This document shows, in pieces, positions 1 through 14,015 of a DNA stretch of 64,000 nt. The DNA comes from Eledone cirrhosa (Eukaryota): contig OZ024741.1 in assembly GCA_964016885.1 (NCBI GenBank), positions 38,936,001 through 39,000,000 of the forward strand. The letters run 5' to 3'. The number at the start of each line of letters is the position of its first letter. Position 1 is the first letter of the stretch. The translations under genes and the position numbers were made by a program. The notes under the pieces are model-generated. The model made no database searches. It saw only the letters and a program-made list of their open reading frames with translations, and was not told the DNA's origin.

Positions 1-2685
1 GGTCTTCGCTTGACCCAGGACTGCAGCTCCGTCAAGGAGACGAGCTGGGGAAAAACGTGTCTTGCAAACGGCGACCACACCTGATCACCGTCGAAGAAGA
101 GGTGGAGATGTCGTAGCCTGAGCGCGTGTCTGCGCATCATCAGCCACGGCATGCCCAGCCCTCCACGTAGCGGGTGTTGACAGCAGATGGACCGCCTGAC
201 CATCGGAGCGCGTCCCTTCCACAAGAAGCGAAAGAGCAAACGCTCCAGCGCAGTCAGGCGGGGCTTAGGACAAGGTACGACGGTCAGGCGGTAGTAGATG
301 ACGGATGCGATGTACGCATTCGCCACCTCCGCTCGACCTTTCGGCCCATTTCTGGGTGAGAGAAGCCACCCTGCTCGTCACCTCATCCCAGTTTTTGTCT
401 GTCTGGAGGTCTGGACCGAACCAGACCCCTAGCAATTTAACCGGTCCGTCCGTCCAGCGCTCGACGACGCTGTTGGATGGCATGGACCTGCCTCTCCAGG
501 TGCCGAGCTGCAGGCCCACTGACTTTTCCTGGTTGATCATTGCTCCTGTCACAGCTTCGTATTCTCTTAGTGTAGTGCCAATCGCCTCGATGTGTTTGGC
601 GTTCGACACCACTACGGTGACATCGTGGGCATATGCTGACACGGAACTTCCGCATCCTAGTTCGCGCGGGACCCCCCTCAACGTCTCCAGTTTGTGCAGT
701 AATGTCTCGAGAGTCAATACGTACAATAGGGACGAGAGGGGACATCGTTGGCGGACCGAGCGCATGATGTTGAACGGTTCCGAAAGGTGACCGTTCACTC
801 TCACTACAGAGCAGATGTCGCTGTGCATGGCAGCGATCCAGCCTCTGAAGACGGGCCCAAAGCCAGCCGCCCTCAGGACTGCCGCTAGGTAACGATGGTC
901 GACCCTATCGAAGGCTTTCGACTGATCTAAATTGATCAAAGACCCACCCGTGCCAGGTTCCCTAGCTACCCTCTCTACGATGTATCGCATGAGGTGGAGG
1001 TTGTCGTGGATGGATCTGTCGGGAATGGCGCATGTCTGTGCCTCTCCCACCAGACCACCAACGACAAGCGCCAACCTCTTTGCTAGCACCTTGGCCAAAA
1101 TCTTGAACTCTGTGTTTAGCAGAGTTATGGGCCTAAAATTATCTATGTTATCCCCCTTGTTCGGATCCTTTCTCAGCAGCGCCACCGCTCCTCGGCTCAC
1201 AGAGCTGGGAATTCTCCCATTCTGTTGCCAGTTGCAGTAGACGTCCGCCAAGAGGCCTCCGAACAAGTTTGGCATTTGTACGTAAAGTTCATAGGGCAGA
1301 CCATCCAAACCAGGCGATTTACCCCTTGTGCAACTAGTCATTGCATCCCGTACTTCAGCGGTTGTTATCGGCTTTTCGCAACACTCCGCCTCAGTGGCCG
1401 AAAGCCGCGGCAGTCCGTCGAGGTAGACACTAAAGTCCATCCCTCGATCCGGCCCGCCACTGCCCCCGAACAGTTGAGCGAAGTGTTGCTGAAAAGCTTC
1501 ACACATTTGCCCGGGATCGAGTAGCATGCACCCGTCGTGGTCCACCAAAGACCGGATCGTGGCTTTGTTGCCACGACGCGCCTCCGCCACTCGGGCCCAT
1601 TGAACGGCTTTCGTCCCCTCGTGTCTGAGAGCACGCACCCTAGCTCTGACAACGCAGCCTTCGTGCTTTGCATTGAAGAATTGGTCAAGGGCCAATTTCG
1701 CCGCAAGCACGTCGGTCGCGATGCCTTTGCTAAGCGCCTCATCTAATTTTCTAACTAATTCTCCCTCTGCTCTATTTTTCTCTATTGCTAAAGTCTTACT
1801 AAACCTAATGGACTCTATTCTAATTGCTCTTTTCAGAGCAAACCACCACTTGTTGTTGACGATGGCCCCCGTCAACGCCCGCTTAACTAGTTCGCTAATC
1901 CGGTCTCTGTAGGCCTTGCGCGCTGGTAAGGACGCGTTTAACTTCCAGTAGCCGGGTCCTCGTCTATGAAGCCTATCTAAGTCAAGCACACAGATCACGA
2001 ATTTGTGGTCCGTGTAGCTGACTATCTTGAATTGTGGACAGCCTATGCTAGACCTATCTATTTCCCTACAAAATACTCTATCTAGATATGATCTGGATGA
2101 CCCTATGCGATTTGTCCAAGTCCACATTGGTACATTCGGGAAATCCATTCGGTACCTGTCAGACAGTTCAAAACGTCTGAGCAGGTTGGTGAGACACTTG
2201 CACCCTCCTTCCCTATCCACTAATCCCACACAATCCCAGCGTGCATCTAAGATCCCGTTCCAGTCGCCCACTAACACTAAAGAGCGGGACGTTCCAAGAA
2301 AGGTCTCCAGACGCCGGAAGAAATCAGGCCGCCCTGCTCCTGTCGGGGCATAGACGGCCACTAACCTGAAAGCTTGCCCGTCTCCGCTGGTCACGTCCAG
2401 CACCACCAACTTACCTTCTGGGTCCAGGAAGATGGCCCGTATGGCAAGATCCAAACCTCTCCGCAAAAGCACAGCAACTCCTCCCCCCGATCCCGGACGG
2501 CTGGGAGATGCGTACACATCGTAGCCGCCGAAGATCGGTGCGAAAGCCTGTGCTTCGGAGATTCTGGTCTCGCTGATGGCCACTACATCTATGTTTAGTG
2601 ACCTGAGGTCGTTGAGCAGGTGGCCCTGCTTCCATGACGACCCCAAGCCACGCGCACTTATGCTGCCTATTCTGAGTGAGGTCAT
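1..2685 (-). pseudogene. Tx1 ORF2: APE endonuclease + reverse transcriptase, with defects
   Basis: APE motifs (ISET, VYAP, GDWN, YLDRVF, TDH); RT motifs (SPGLDG, FRPITLLN, DQSKAFDRVDH, VRQRCPLS, YAHD in place of YADD); frameshift near 335; probable Met at 2685. Confidence 0.92.
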
Positions 2686-2719
2686 GTTGAAAAGGAGTGG
2701 AAAAGATGGGAAAGACCAC

Positions 2720-4730
2720 TTACCTTTCTTCTCGTAGGGGACGGACGGCTTTTCCATCCTTTTCACTGCTTGTGGCCTCCTCAGGAAGGATGTCCTTATA
2801 AATCCTCCTGGAGAGTGCTTGTCGGAAGTCTCCGATGTCTTTGGGGAATTTTTGTTTTAGTGTCATGTACGTTTTCTGTGTGATGCGAGTGATTTGTATG
2901 TGTGGAGGTGGTGTGAATTTTGGGGTTGTTGTGTAGTCTTTTTCTGTGATGCTGGTGTTGTGTTGGATGTAGTGTAATAATTGCTTGTTGTTCAAATTTA
3001 ATGCTGTGTAGTGTGTATCGTTTTGGTTGTTTTGTTTTGTTTGCGTTTGTTGTGGGTTTGTTTCTGTTTCGTATTTTGGTGACTTTTGTGGTGTAGGTGA
3101 TAGTGGTGCTGGGGATAATGATGGTGATGGCGTTGGTGTTTGGGTTGATGAGGTTGGTGATGCTGGTGTGGATGGTGGCATATCTGTCCTAACTTTTTTG
3201 TTTTTTAATTTATTTGTTTCCCTCTGTATTTTGTTTTTGGAGGGGGAAGGAAGAGAATTTTTTTCTTTTTTGGTTTCTTTTTTTTTTTCCTGATACCGTT
3301 TCCCACTCCTCGTCGTCACAATCTGTCTCCAGTTGTGATAGGCCGGGGAGTGGAAAATCCTCCACAGGCGTTAGTTTTGGTTGTGGCGTGGTGGATGGTG
3401 TAGGCGCTGGTGCTAGTTCTGAAGCGTTGGGTGGTGGTGATGTTGGTTTTGCTGGTGGTGGTGGTGTTGGTTTTGCTACTGTTGCTGGGGTTGTTGCTGT
3501 TATAGCTGCTTCTGTTGTTGCTGCTACAGTTGTTGCTGCCATCTCTGCTACTGGTGGTGTTGATGGTTGAGTCACTGGGGTGGGTAGGAGAGGTGGCCTC
3601 AACCTTTTAGCCTGAGGGCAGAAAGCCCTTAGGTGGGTTCCTTCACCACAAACGACACACCTAGGTCTTCTGCCCTCGACAATTACCGTGAGGTGGCTGC
3701 CGTCAGTGAGGTCTATTACCTCTGGGATCTCCTCAATGCTTTTTTGGTCCGCTTGGATCAGGAGCTCCATCCCAGATCCGGACCAGTTTTCCTGCTTTTC
3801 TTTTGCTATTGTAATTATTTTCGTGTTGGCCTCGATGCCGGCGATGACAGCCGCTATTAGCCAGGGAATTTCGATGGCCGGTGGAACGTGGGTCACCCTG
3901 ATCTTTACGAGTCTCTGGCCACAATAGCTTGGGACGAGTGTGAAGTCGTCACTTTTTAATGGGGCCATGGAGTGTTCTCTAGCCTCCTCTGGTGTTTCAA
4001 AGAACACATCCACGGTTCCATACTTTTGCCCACGTCTGATGTGGGTTTTTCTTGCCCACACATGTCCCAAAGCTTTTTGGATTTGGGACTCGGATGCCCG
4101 TTCCACTCGGCGCGATTTTACATTTATTGTTCTATACGACACGGTGCACAGGCGCCGATGCTCCATTTTATTAGGTGGTGGGGTGAGGCTGACCCTGTAC
4201 CCATCTTTCTTTACCATTTGTTTGGCATTTTCTAAATCTTCTTGAGTTACCGTGAACGCTTCGAATTGTTTTGCTACGATGGCGAAACTGAGGGTCGGTT
4301 TTATAATGTCATTGTTGTTGTTGTTGCTATCGTTAATATTAATTTTATTTTCAGTTGTGCTGGTGGTGACGTCAGTTGTCTTTGGTGGGGAAGAGTCCAT
4401 TTTGCTTGATTTCATTTCGACGTCACGAGTTAATTTATTTTTTTCTTCTTTTGTTTCTGTTGTCGCGGTGGTGGTGGTGGTGGTGGTTGTCGCGGTGGTG
4501 GTGGTGGTGGTGGTTGTCGCGGTGGTGGTGGTGGTGGAGGGTTTAACACCTGCAGTCATTGGTAATGGCGGGAAATGAATGTCTGCCTGAGACAAATTTA
4601 AAATATTGCTACTGCTTATATTTTTTTTTGTGTTGGCAAACGTAGTAACATTTACAATGGTGGTGTCGGTGTGAGGTGTTATTTTGTGAGGAAGGCTTTC
4701 AGCTGCTTCGTGCAGAGGGGAATTAGCCAT
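2720..4730 (-). CDS. Tx1 ORF1, gag-like nucleic-acid-binding protein, split by a frameshift in an A-run near 3278-3288
   Basis: 506-aa ORF with CVVCGEGTHLRAFC (CX2CX4HX4C) plus Thr/Pro-rich linkers; overlapping ORF 3319..2720 ends just before ORF2. Confidence 0.8.
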
Positions 4731-4939
4731 TTTTTTTCAAAGAAATTTTTGGATAATAATAAAAGTTAAAATTTTGGGCACAAGGCCCCAATCTTTTTGG
4801 GTGTCCTTTTCGGAAAACAATGTATGTGTGCTTATAAACAGTTTACAATAAAATTTTCCATAAATGGCAATTTTTAAACAAACGGAAATAACAAACCTTT
4901 GCGGAGCTCACGATAATACGATTTCCTACGTAGGTCGCC

Positions 4940-4978
<39 letters not shown>

Positions 4979-7180
4979 TTTGTTCATCTAATTTAAATAG
5001 ACTAATCTCGTTCCAGATGCTATGCATCCGTTTCCTATAGCCTTTCTCCTTGGGGTTACTCTTCAGGTAACATTGCATAACAGTTCTATTCAATTCTTTC
5101 GTCCAGTTGGTTCTGGTCCCTTTCCTTCTTCTTCTTCTTCTTCTTCTTCTTCTTCTTCTTCTTCTTCTTCTTCTTCTTCCTCCGACACCAGCAGTATTTG
5201 GTTGACAGCCAGGGAGCACCTGTTGGGTGAGAGTCTGTCACATGACATTCCAGTCTCCACTTCACCGTTATTCGAACTGTTTAGGTTCGACATTTAAACA
5301 CTCTTATCGAGGATTGGTGAATGTATGGTTACATAACCACCGGTGATTTCATCACCTCCGGTGAATTTAGTGTGGCACTATCACGCTGTAGACGAACATA
5401 AATAAACAAACAAATAGGTAAAAACCCCACAAAAAAGAATAAGCATAAGTTTCATTGTAATGTAATGTTTGAATATCTGACTTAGTTTGTTTTTTTTTCC
5501 TTCTCTGTCTGTCAGTTTGTTTTTCTTTTCTTTTTTTTTTTCTTTACGTTTTTCTTTGCTGCTGTGCTGTTTTGATTTTGATTTTTGGTTTTTTGATTTT
5601 TTGACTGGGTCATCAAATCAGTGTATTTATATCTATTTAAATTAGATGAATAAAAATTGGCCGGACAGGCTCGGGTAATAAGAACTAATGGGTGGATAAG
5701 CGAGCTGGAACTGGAGGAACTGAGCAGAGAGATTAGGTTGGAAATGGAGAGTGGAGTATGCCAGGCAAACGAGCCAGTGGGAAATGAAGGTGAAGAGGTT
5801 GAGAGAACGGAGGAACCACCCGAAGCAGACAATGATCTGAATGCTGAAATAAATAATACCTGGAACAAAGATACGGCCATTGAGGAGATGAATGCTGACG
5901 GGCTAGGACAAGATTTGGTTGATATCCTAAACTTAGTGGTAGATGAATTGAACAATGATAGTGGGAAACCTATGAACCTAAGATTTGTAGACAGGAAAAA
6001 GTTAAAAGAAACAACAGCTAAGGTAAACAAGGTCATCCCATACCTTGAGGCGAGGAACCTTCACCAGTGCCACAATATCCTCAAAGCAAATGCGGTGAGG
6101 AAATTACTTGGCATAAAAGCGAGAGGAAACAACAAACAAGAAAGATCAGAACCTTGGTGGAAGAAACAACTGAATGGTCAAATCAGGGAAATGAGAAATG
6201 ACATTGGAAAGCTTGAGTCCCTACTGAATGGGACACTAAAAAACATAGACACTAAAAATAGACTGGAAATAAAGTACAAAACTAGGAGGAAAAAGCTAAA
6301 TATTATCATCAATCACCTCCTCTTCATGGACGATCTTAAGCTCTTCGGGAAGCGTGAGAAGGAGTTGGATGTACTTGTTGACACTGTCCATATTTTCAGC
6401 AATTATATATGTATGCAATTTGGTATTAGTAAGTGTGGAGTCCTTGTGATGAAGATGGGTAAATTGAGCAGAAGCAACGGAATCCAGGTACCAACAGGTG
6501 AGATGATAAAGGAAATTGACACTGAAGAAGGATACAAGTAAATGGGTGTTCTGGAGGCTGATGACATCAAAAACAAAAAATGAAGGAATTGATAAGAACT
6601 GAATACCTTCGGAGAGGAAGGAGCGTATTAAAGTCACATCTGAACAGTAGGAATGCCATAAGTGCAGTAAATTCCCGAGCTGTGTCTATTATTAGGTACA
6701 GTGCGGGAATTTTGAGATGGAATGTTGCTGAACAAAAAGAAATGGATAGGAAGACTAGGAAGCTATTGACTATCTACGACATGTTCCACAAGAGGAGTGA
6801 TGTCGATAGACTCTACTTAAGGAGATCTGAAGGTGGAAGAGGTCTTATCAGAATAGAAGACTGTGTTCAGATGGAGAAAAACAACCTACACAAATACGTG
6901 ACTGATAGTAAGGAGCCAATGCTCAGAATTGTACTGAAGGAGAGGACAATACACCAGGGGATGTCCAAGGAGGAAATAACAACAAGGAGAAAGAGCAGCC
7001 TTCATGAAACATCCCTTCATAGTACCTTCTTTGAGAAAACTGAATTCAGAGATCCACAGACATGGAACTGGTTGAAAAGAGTAGACCTTAAAAAAGCTAC
7101 AGAAGGAATGCTAATGGCTGCGCAAGAGCAGGCCCTCAAAACGAAGTGACTGAAACACCATATTTATAAGGAGGAGGCTA
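4979..7180 (+). mobile_element. R4/Dong-clade non-LTR retrotransposon remnant: inverted 5' part (4979-~5630), internal deletion, 3' truncated
   Basis: Minus-strand WTKELNRTVMQCYLKSNPKEKGYRKRMHSIW..LFKLDEQ continues on the plus strand as AGQARVIRTNGWISELELEEL; later NHLLFMDDLKLF, MQFGISKC, DVDRLYLRRSEGGRGL, TEGMLMAAQEQAL. Confidence 0.85.
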
Positions 7181-7550
7181 GCGCAAAATCAATTTTTAAC
7201 ATTCACATGACCTCTACCGACCAATCAAAATTGTTTTGACCACAAGAATTTTTGCAACACGAATTGGCGCGAAACGTATTTTAATACATCTGGAGCCACT
7301 TTTTTCACATAAAACAGGTAGAATTTCCAAAACTTATCAGATTAGAGCAAACATCACGGGCGCTCTATCTCAAAATTATTTTTGAAAAGCATTAGAAATG
7401 CGCAACATGTAAAACTTAAAACCAAAACTGAATACTAACCAATACTTATTACTAATTTTCACTTATTCCTAATTAAACTATTTTTCACTGTGAACAATTT
7501 GTCAGCATTTTCTTTTCCGTTTACCAATATATATATATATATATATATAT

Positions 7551-7742
7551 AGGAACCAGTAAGACCCCGACAGCTGAGCTCAAGCCGTTTCGACGGCTAA
7601 TTCTGAATTAGAATTAGCCGTCGAAACGGCTTGAGCTCAGCTGTCGGGGTCTTACTGGTTCCTATTACCCACTCTACTACCTCAAGTATTGAGTACTTTG
7701 GTGCGTTATGGTCCACCTGGTTCCTTACCACATTTCCTTCGT
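7551..7742 (+). mobile_element. ~190-bp fold-back element in (TA)n, copy A
   Basis: Perfect inverted repeat 7551-7663 plus ~78-bp tail (ATTACCCACTCTACTACC..GGTGCGTTATGGTCCA) shared with four other copies; (TA)n on both flanks. Confidence 0.9.
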
Positions 7743-8408
7743 TATATATATATATATATATATATTCTTTTACTGGTATTTCAAGCGTTAAACTCATATA
7801 TTATTTCAATGTACTGTGCCGTTTGCTTTGTTACCCTTTACACACACACACACACACATATGTATATATATTTTTGTGTGTGTGTGTCTATGTCTGTGTG
7901 TGCGTGTGTGCGTCTGTGTGTGCGTGTGCGTGTTTGTGTTTATGTGTTTATAAACATAGGTCTGCATTTAGTATTACTAACGAGAAAATGTCTAAACAAA
8001 ACATGCTGTATATATTCATTTATTTATAGATATAAAGACAATATAAACACTCAAATTCAGGACATATCAGGTTGGAAATCAAAATGGCGAATAGAATTGT
8101 TTATACTCTCCAGTTCTCATTGATTGGTAAATGACATGTGAAGGGCTTTTTTTAATCGTAAACATTGTTCCTCGGGGTTAATCACCTATTGAACATTGAA
8201 AATTTGACCCATGTCAATAAGCTGCGATTCATTTGATCAGATACTGTTTGAGAGCACTGAAACACACCTTGTGACCTATTTCAACCAATGAGATACAGAT
8301 ACCAGTAACAGTTCTCTACGCCATCTTTCCAGCATTCGTTGGCATTTACCGTGATACCGTGATACGCCTTCTCCGGCTTTATCGCGATGTATGTATGTAT
8401 GTATGTCA

Positions 8409-9019
8409 GGTCACCAGTTGGTGCTACTGGTAACATGTATCCCAGTACAACCTGGCTCATGGTCGGGTCGTTGGCAACTAAATTGGCAACCCCACCAAGG
8501 TTTCTTGGTGAGGAGGGTGACTTTGGACATCCTGCAGGACTAAAAACAAAACCTGTCAAAGAGCAAAGGGCAAAGGAACTCTTAAGAGTCCATGGCCATC
8601 CAAAATCACCGGGAGAGATGACCCCTTAGCCTTTGTCAAGGCAGAATTCTAGGAGAAAGAAAACTCTGATATAACACCTGCAACCCTGATGGTATCCAAT
8701 GATGTTGACTTGTTCTTCTTTTTGGTAAATATCATCTTGGTTAAGAGAGTGGGACTGGCTTTGTGCAGTGCCTTTGCTCACTATAAAAGCTTCACGGCAC
8801 AGGCATTGCTTTATATCTGGAGATCTCTCTGCACTTGTCGTCACATGGTACCGAGGGCCCAGCACTATGTTTCAATAATTGTCACAAGTGTAGTGTTTGT
8901 ACCAGAGTTTTCAAGTCGCTGGCTGGACTAAAATGTCACACTCGTTCAGCGCATCGGTAGGGGTTCTCCTACATGGATATAAAGTAGTGGCCGTACTCGA
9001 AAACGAGTTGGCAGCCACC
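8409..9019 (+). mobile_element. Non-autonomous RTE-derived element (5' UTR-like part + C2H2-finger 3' end) in (ATGT)n, copy 1
   Basis: Colinear with 38585-39185; 3' end encodes CSVCTRVFKSLAGLK; (ATGT)n on both flanks. Confidence 0.8.
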
Positions 9020-9719
9020 ATGTATGTATGCATGTATGTATGTATGTTCTTCTGGTTTTATAATTTCACAAATTTTTACCAATAGAGAGAGAGTCGGTTT
9101 CTAACATAGACACAAGACTCTCTCATTGGAATTAACACATCAACTAGGTAGATATGGATGTTATTGTGTATGTGTGGATGTGGATGTTTTGAGTTGTATG
9201 TGTGCATGTGTATATGCTTTGTATCTGTGCATGTGTATATGCAGTTATTAGATGCAAAATTTTTGGAATGTTTTACATATTTTTACTGTTCCATCAACTA
9301 TTTGCCTAGTCAATTTCTACAGGCTAGAATAAATAATTAGATAAGTATCATATGGCTCTACATCGCGGAAAATAATCTGTACCATTTGTCTATTATTTCT
9401 TCATAAGTACATTTTAAACTTATAGCCTCGTTTAAATGACTTTTTATGTGGTTAATTTATACTGATTGGAAGAGGAAATACTGTATATATTTTATCTCAT
9501 GATTCTTTGGACTTACATTTTTATATATAATTCTGATTAGTAATTATTTAATTAATTCTTCATTGAGACACACCATCAATGGTTGCCAAACTCATATATG
9601 TATTTGTGACTATGTCTAATTATATATAACCTTTGAATTTAATATATATATATATATATATTAAATTCAAAGGGTATATATATATATATATAATTAGACA
9701 TATATAGATATATATAATT

Positions 9720-10221
9720 ATATAAATGTAAGTCTGTATGTATGTATACGTACATACATATATGTATACAGATGTACAGTAGTATGTATATATATATATA
9801 TACATGCACATATATATATATATATATGCACGTATCGGTTTACCGAACATTTATTATAATGCTCGGTTTGTTTGTTTGTAAACAAACAAACAGCCCGAAT
9901 TACGCCGTACAGTGTTTAGGCAGGAAGGTATACGATGCTGACGATAGTTAATAAGCTTGAAACTAGTACATCGTTTCTGTGTCAGTGTTGAACAAAAAGG
10001 TGACGCGGTTGCCTAAACACTGTACGAGCATTATAGTAAATGTTCGGTAAACCGATACGTGCATATATATATATGTGTGTGCATGTGTGTATATATTTAT
10101 ATATACATACTACTGTACGTCTGTATACATATATGTATGTACGTATACATACATACTTACATTTAAGTAAGTGCCGTACTAAGAGTGAGAAATGAAATTT
10201 CGTTTCATTCTATTCCATTTA

Positions 10222-10222
<1 letters not shown>
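9720..10222 (+). mobile_element. Fold-back element with central hammerhead, Penelope-pLTR-like
   Basis: Inverted arms ~9722-9865 and ~10026-10164; tail CCGTACTAAGAGTGAGAAATGAAATTTCGTTTCATTC shared with 11498-11730. Confidence 0.75.
9932..9974 (+). ncRNA. Minimal type I hammerhead ribozyme motif
   Basis: ACGATG-CTGACGA-weak stem II-GAA-ACTAGT (palindrome)-A-CATCGT; perfect 6-bp stem I. Confidence 0.75.
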
Positions 10223-10319
<97 letters not shown>

Positions 10320-10320
<1 letters not shown>

Positions 10321-10516
10321 GAATAGAGTCGGGACCCCGACAGCTGACATCCGGTCGTTTCGACAGCTAGGTCCGAACGTTCGGATCTAGCTGTCGAAAC
10401 GACCGGAGCTCAGCCGTCGGAGTCCCGACTCTATTCCTATTACCCACTCTACTACCCTAAGTATCGAGTACTCTGGTGCGTTATGGTCCACCTCGTATCT
10501 TACTACGCCTTCTTTG

Positions 10517-10522
<6 letters not shown>
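10320..10522 (+). mobile_element. ~190-bp fold-back element, copy B (divergent subfamily)
   Basis: Inverted repeat 10320-10437 plus the conserved tail; (TA)n flanks. Confidence 0.88.
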
Positions 10523-11730
<1,208 letters not shown>

Positions 11731-12246
11731 TATATATATAAAAACATGAGAAGAAAGAAGAATACTGCGTGGTTTGCACATGGGTTACATATGATAAAAA
11801 TAGTCCTTCGTCAGTGATTTTCCAACCATCATTGGTATTTCATCGCATTAAAAATCAGATACCTCAGGTTGGTGCGAGCAATAATCTAAAAAAAGTTATT
11901 GGGACCAGTAATCGCGTAAAGCGAAGGGGACAAGTGAACAACATAGAAGGATAAAAACAAACCAAAGAAAGGAAATAAACAAGCAACATGGTAGTTCTGG
12001 TCAGCATAAGCTGGGTAGATTTCATGAGCGAAAAGTATAGACGTCCGACCTGAGTGAGATGTAAGCAAGAAGAGAGGCCCACTGTTAGCCAAACGGGAGG
12101 AAGTGAGAAGGGGAGAAACAGAGAATATATATATGGGATAACAAGTTATCGTTTTAGGTAATCTAGTTAGAGGTTGTGAGTACTCTGTACTATGGATAGT
12201 TGTTATTCTTCACTCTTTCACTATACACACACTCACACACACACAC

Positions 12247-12330
<84 letters not shown>

Positions 12331-12447
12331 GTATATACATATATATATATATATAAATATATATACATATAATATAGGCATATATCTATGTATGTATATA
12401 CATGTATACACACACACACACATTATATATATATATATATATGTGTG

Positions 12448-12510
<63 letters not shown>

Positions 12511-12672
12511 CATACATATATATATATATATACTAACGACGGAATGCTTCTCTGTATCTTCTTCGGAAAATATATTTATTCCATTCCAGAAACTAATTAG
12601 TTGGAAGTGATATTTTAGTAAGTTAATTTTATAATTTTCTTGTTTTACGTCTCTCATATATATATATATATG

Positions 12673-12766
<94 letters not shown>

Positions 12767-13078
12767 AACGTTAAAAATTTAACAATATAACCGTGTATAC
12801 ACAGCTGAAAACAATTTCATACAAAACAAACTCCACAAATCCACAAAGTGTCTTAATATCAGATCAATGATGTTCACCAAATGTTGCCACGTCGATAAAT
12901 ACGTACTGGAACACCAACAGATTATATCACCTCCCGATTGATAGGTCAATAGTTAAGTATTTATCAAGGGCAATCATACTCTCTGAATCCCCTTCTTCAG
13001 GTTTGCCACTCTATGAGGTACGCCATATCTCTGTAGCCTCTGCTATTTACACCGTTAATCACAGAGAGTAACATATGG

Positions 13079-13296
<218 letters not shown>

Positions 13297-13438
13297 GAGT
13301 TAAACAAGATTCAATGAGTACCTCAAAGAATGAGTTTTACAGTAGATTGGAAGCACTCTACAGTGAAATATTCCCCAGAGTTATTAATATTAAATTCAAA
13401 TATTAATAAAATAGATGTTCTTGTGATGATCAATTCAA

Positions 13439-13489
13439 TTTTATTATACATATTTCAGAGGTACAACAGTACGTCCTCATCAGATAAAA
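13439..13489 (-). ncRNA. Type I hammerhead ribozyme motif
   Basis: Reverse complement reads TTTTAT-CTGATGA-GGACGTAC TGTT GTACCTCT-GAA-ATATGTAT-A-ATAAAA. Confidence 0.78.
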
Positions 13490-13555
13490 TAAAATGATAC
13501 ATGACATACCCTGAGATGTTAGATGGTTAAACCATCTAACATCTCAGGTGATAAA

Positions 13556-13588
<33 letters not shown>

Positions 13589-13639
13589 TTTTATCTGATG
13601 AGGACGTACTGGTGTACCTCTGAAATATGTATAATAAAA
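13589..13639 (+). ncRNA. Type I hammerhead ribozyme motif
   Basis: TTTTAT-CTGATGA-GGACGTAC TGGT GTACCTCT-GAA-ATATGTAT-A-ATAAAA; stem III self-complementary with G:U pairs. Confidence 0.78.
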
Positions 13640-13680
13640 TTTTATTGATTACAAAAACATCTATTTTATTAATATTTGAA

Positions 13681-13749
<69 letters not shown>

Positions 13750-13811
13750 TAAAGTTAGTCCTTCATCAGTAATCTTCCAACCATCATTGGTATTTCATCG
13801 CTTTAAAGACC

Positions 13812-13899
<88 letters not shown>

Positions 13900-13924
13900 T
13901 GTATGTATGTATGTATGTATGTGC

Positions 13925-13993
<69 letters not shown>

Positions 13994-14015
13994 ATATGTA
14001 TGTATGTATTTATGT

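Larger units (their letters stand above)
1..4940 (-). mobile_element. Tx1/L1-clade non-LTR retrotransposon with 5' UTR, ORF1 and ORF2; 3' end lies beyond the window start
   Basis: ORF1 with CCHC knuckle followed by APE+RT ORF2; 5' end abuts (AAT)n at 4941-4978; ORF2 is homologous to the plus-strand copy at 40636-43290. Confidence 0.93.

Noticed and set aside
305-4578. Plus-strand ORFs overlapping the Tx1 element
   Set aside because: Antisense shadows of GC-rich ORF1/ORF2 with no motifs.
5300-5400. Structured R4 5' UTR resembling a pistol or HDV-like ribozyme (minus CGTGATAGTGCCACACTAAAT)
   Set aside because: Hairpins are present, but I could not find the required pseudoknot partner strands.
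7664-7742. Tail of the 190-bp family as a U2 snRNA 3' derivative
   Set aside because: Only a short GTATTG.AGTAC resemblance; insufficient similarity.
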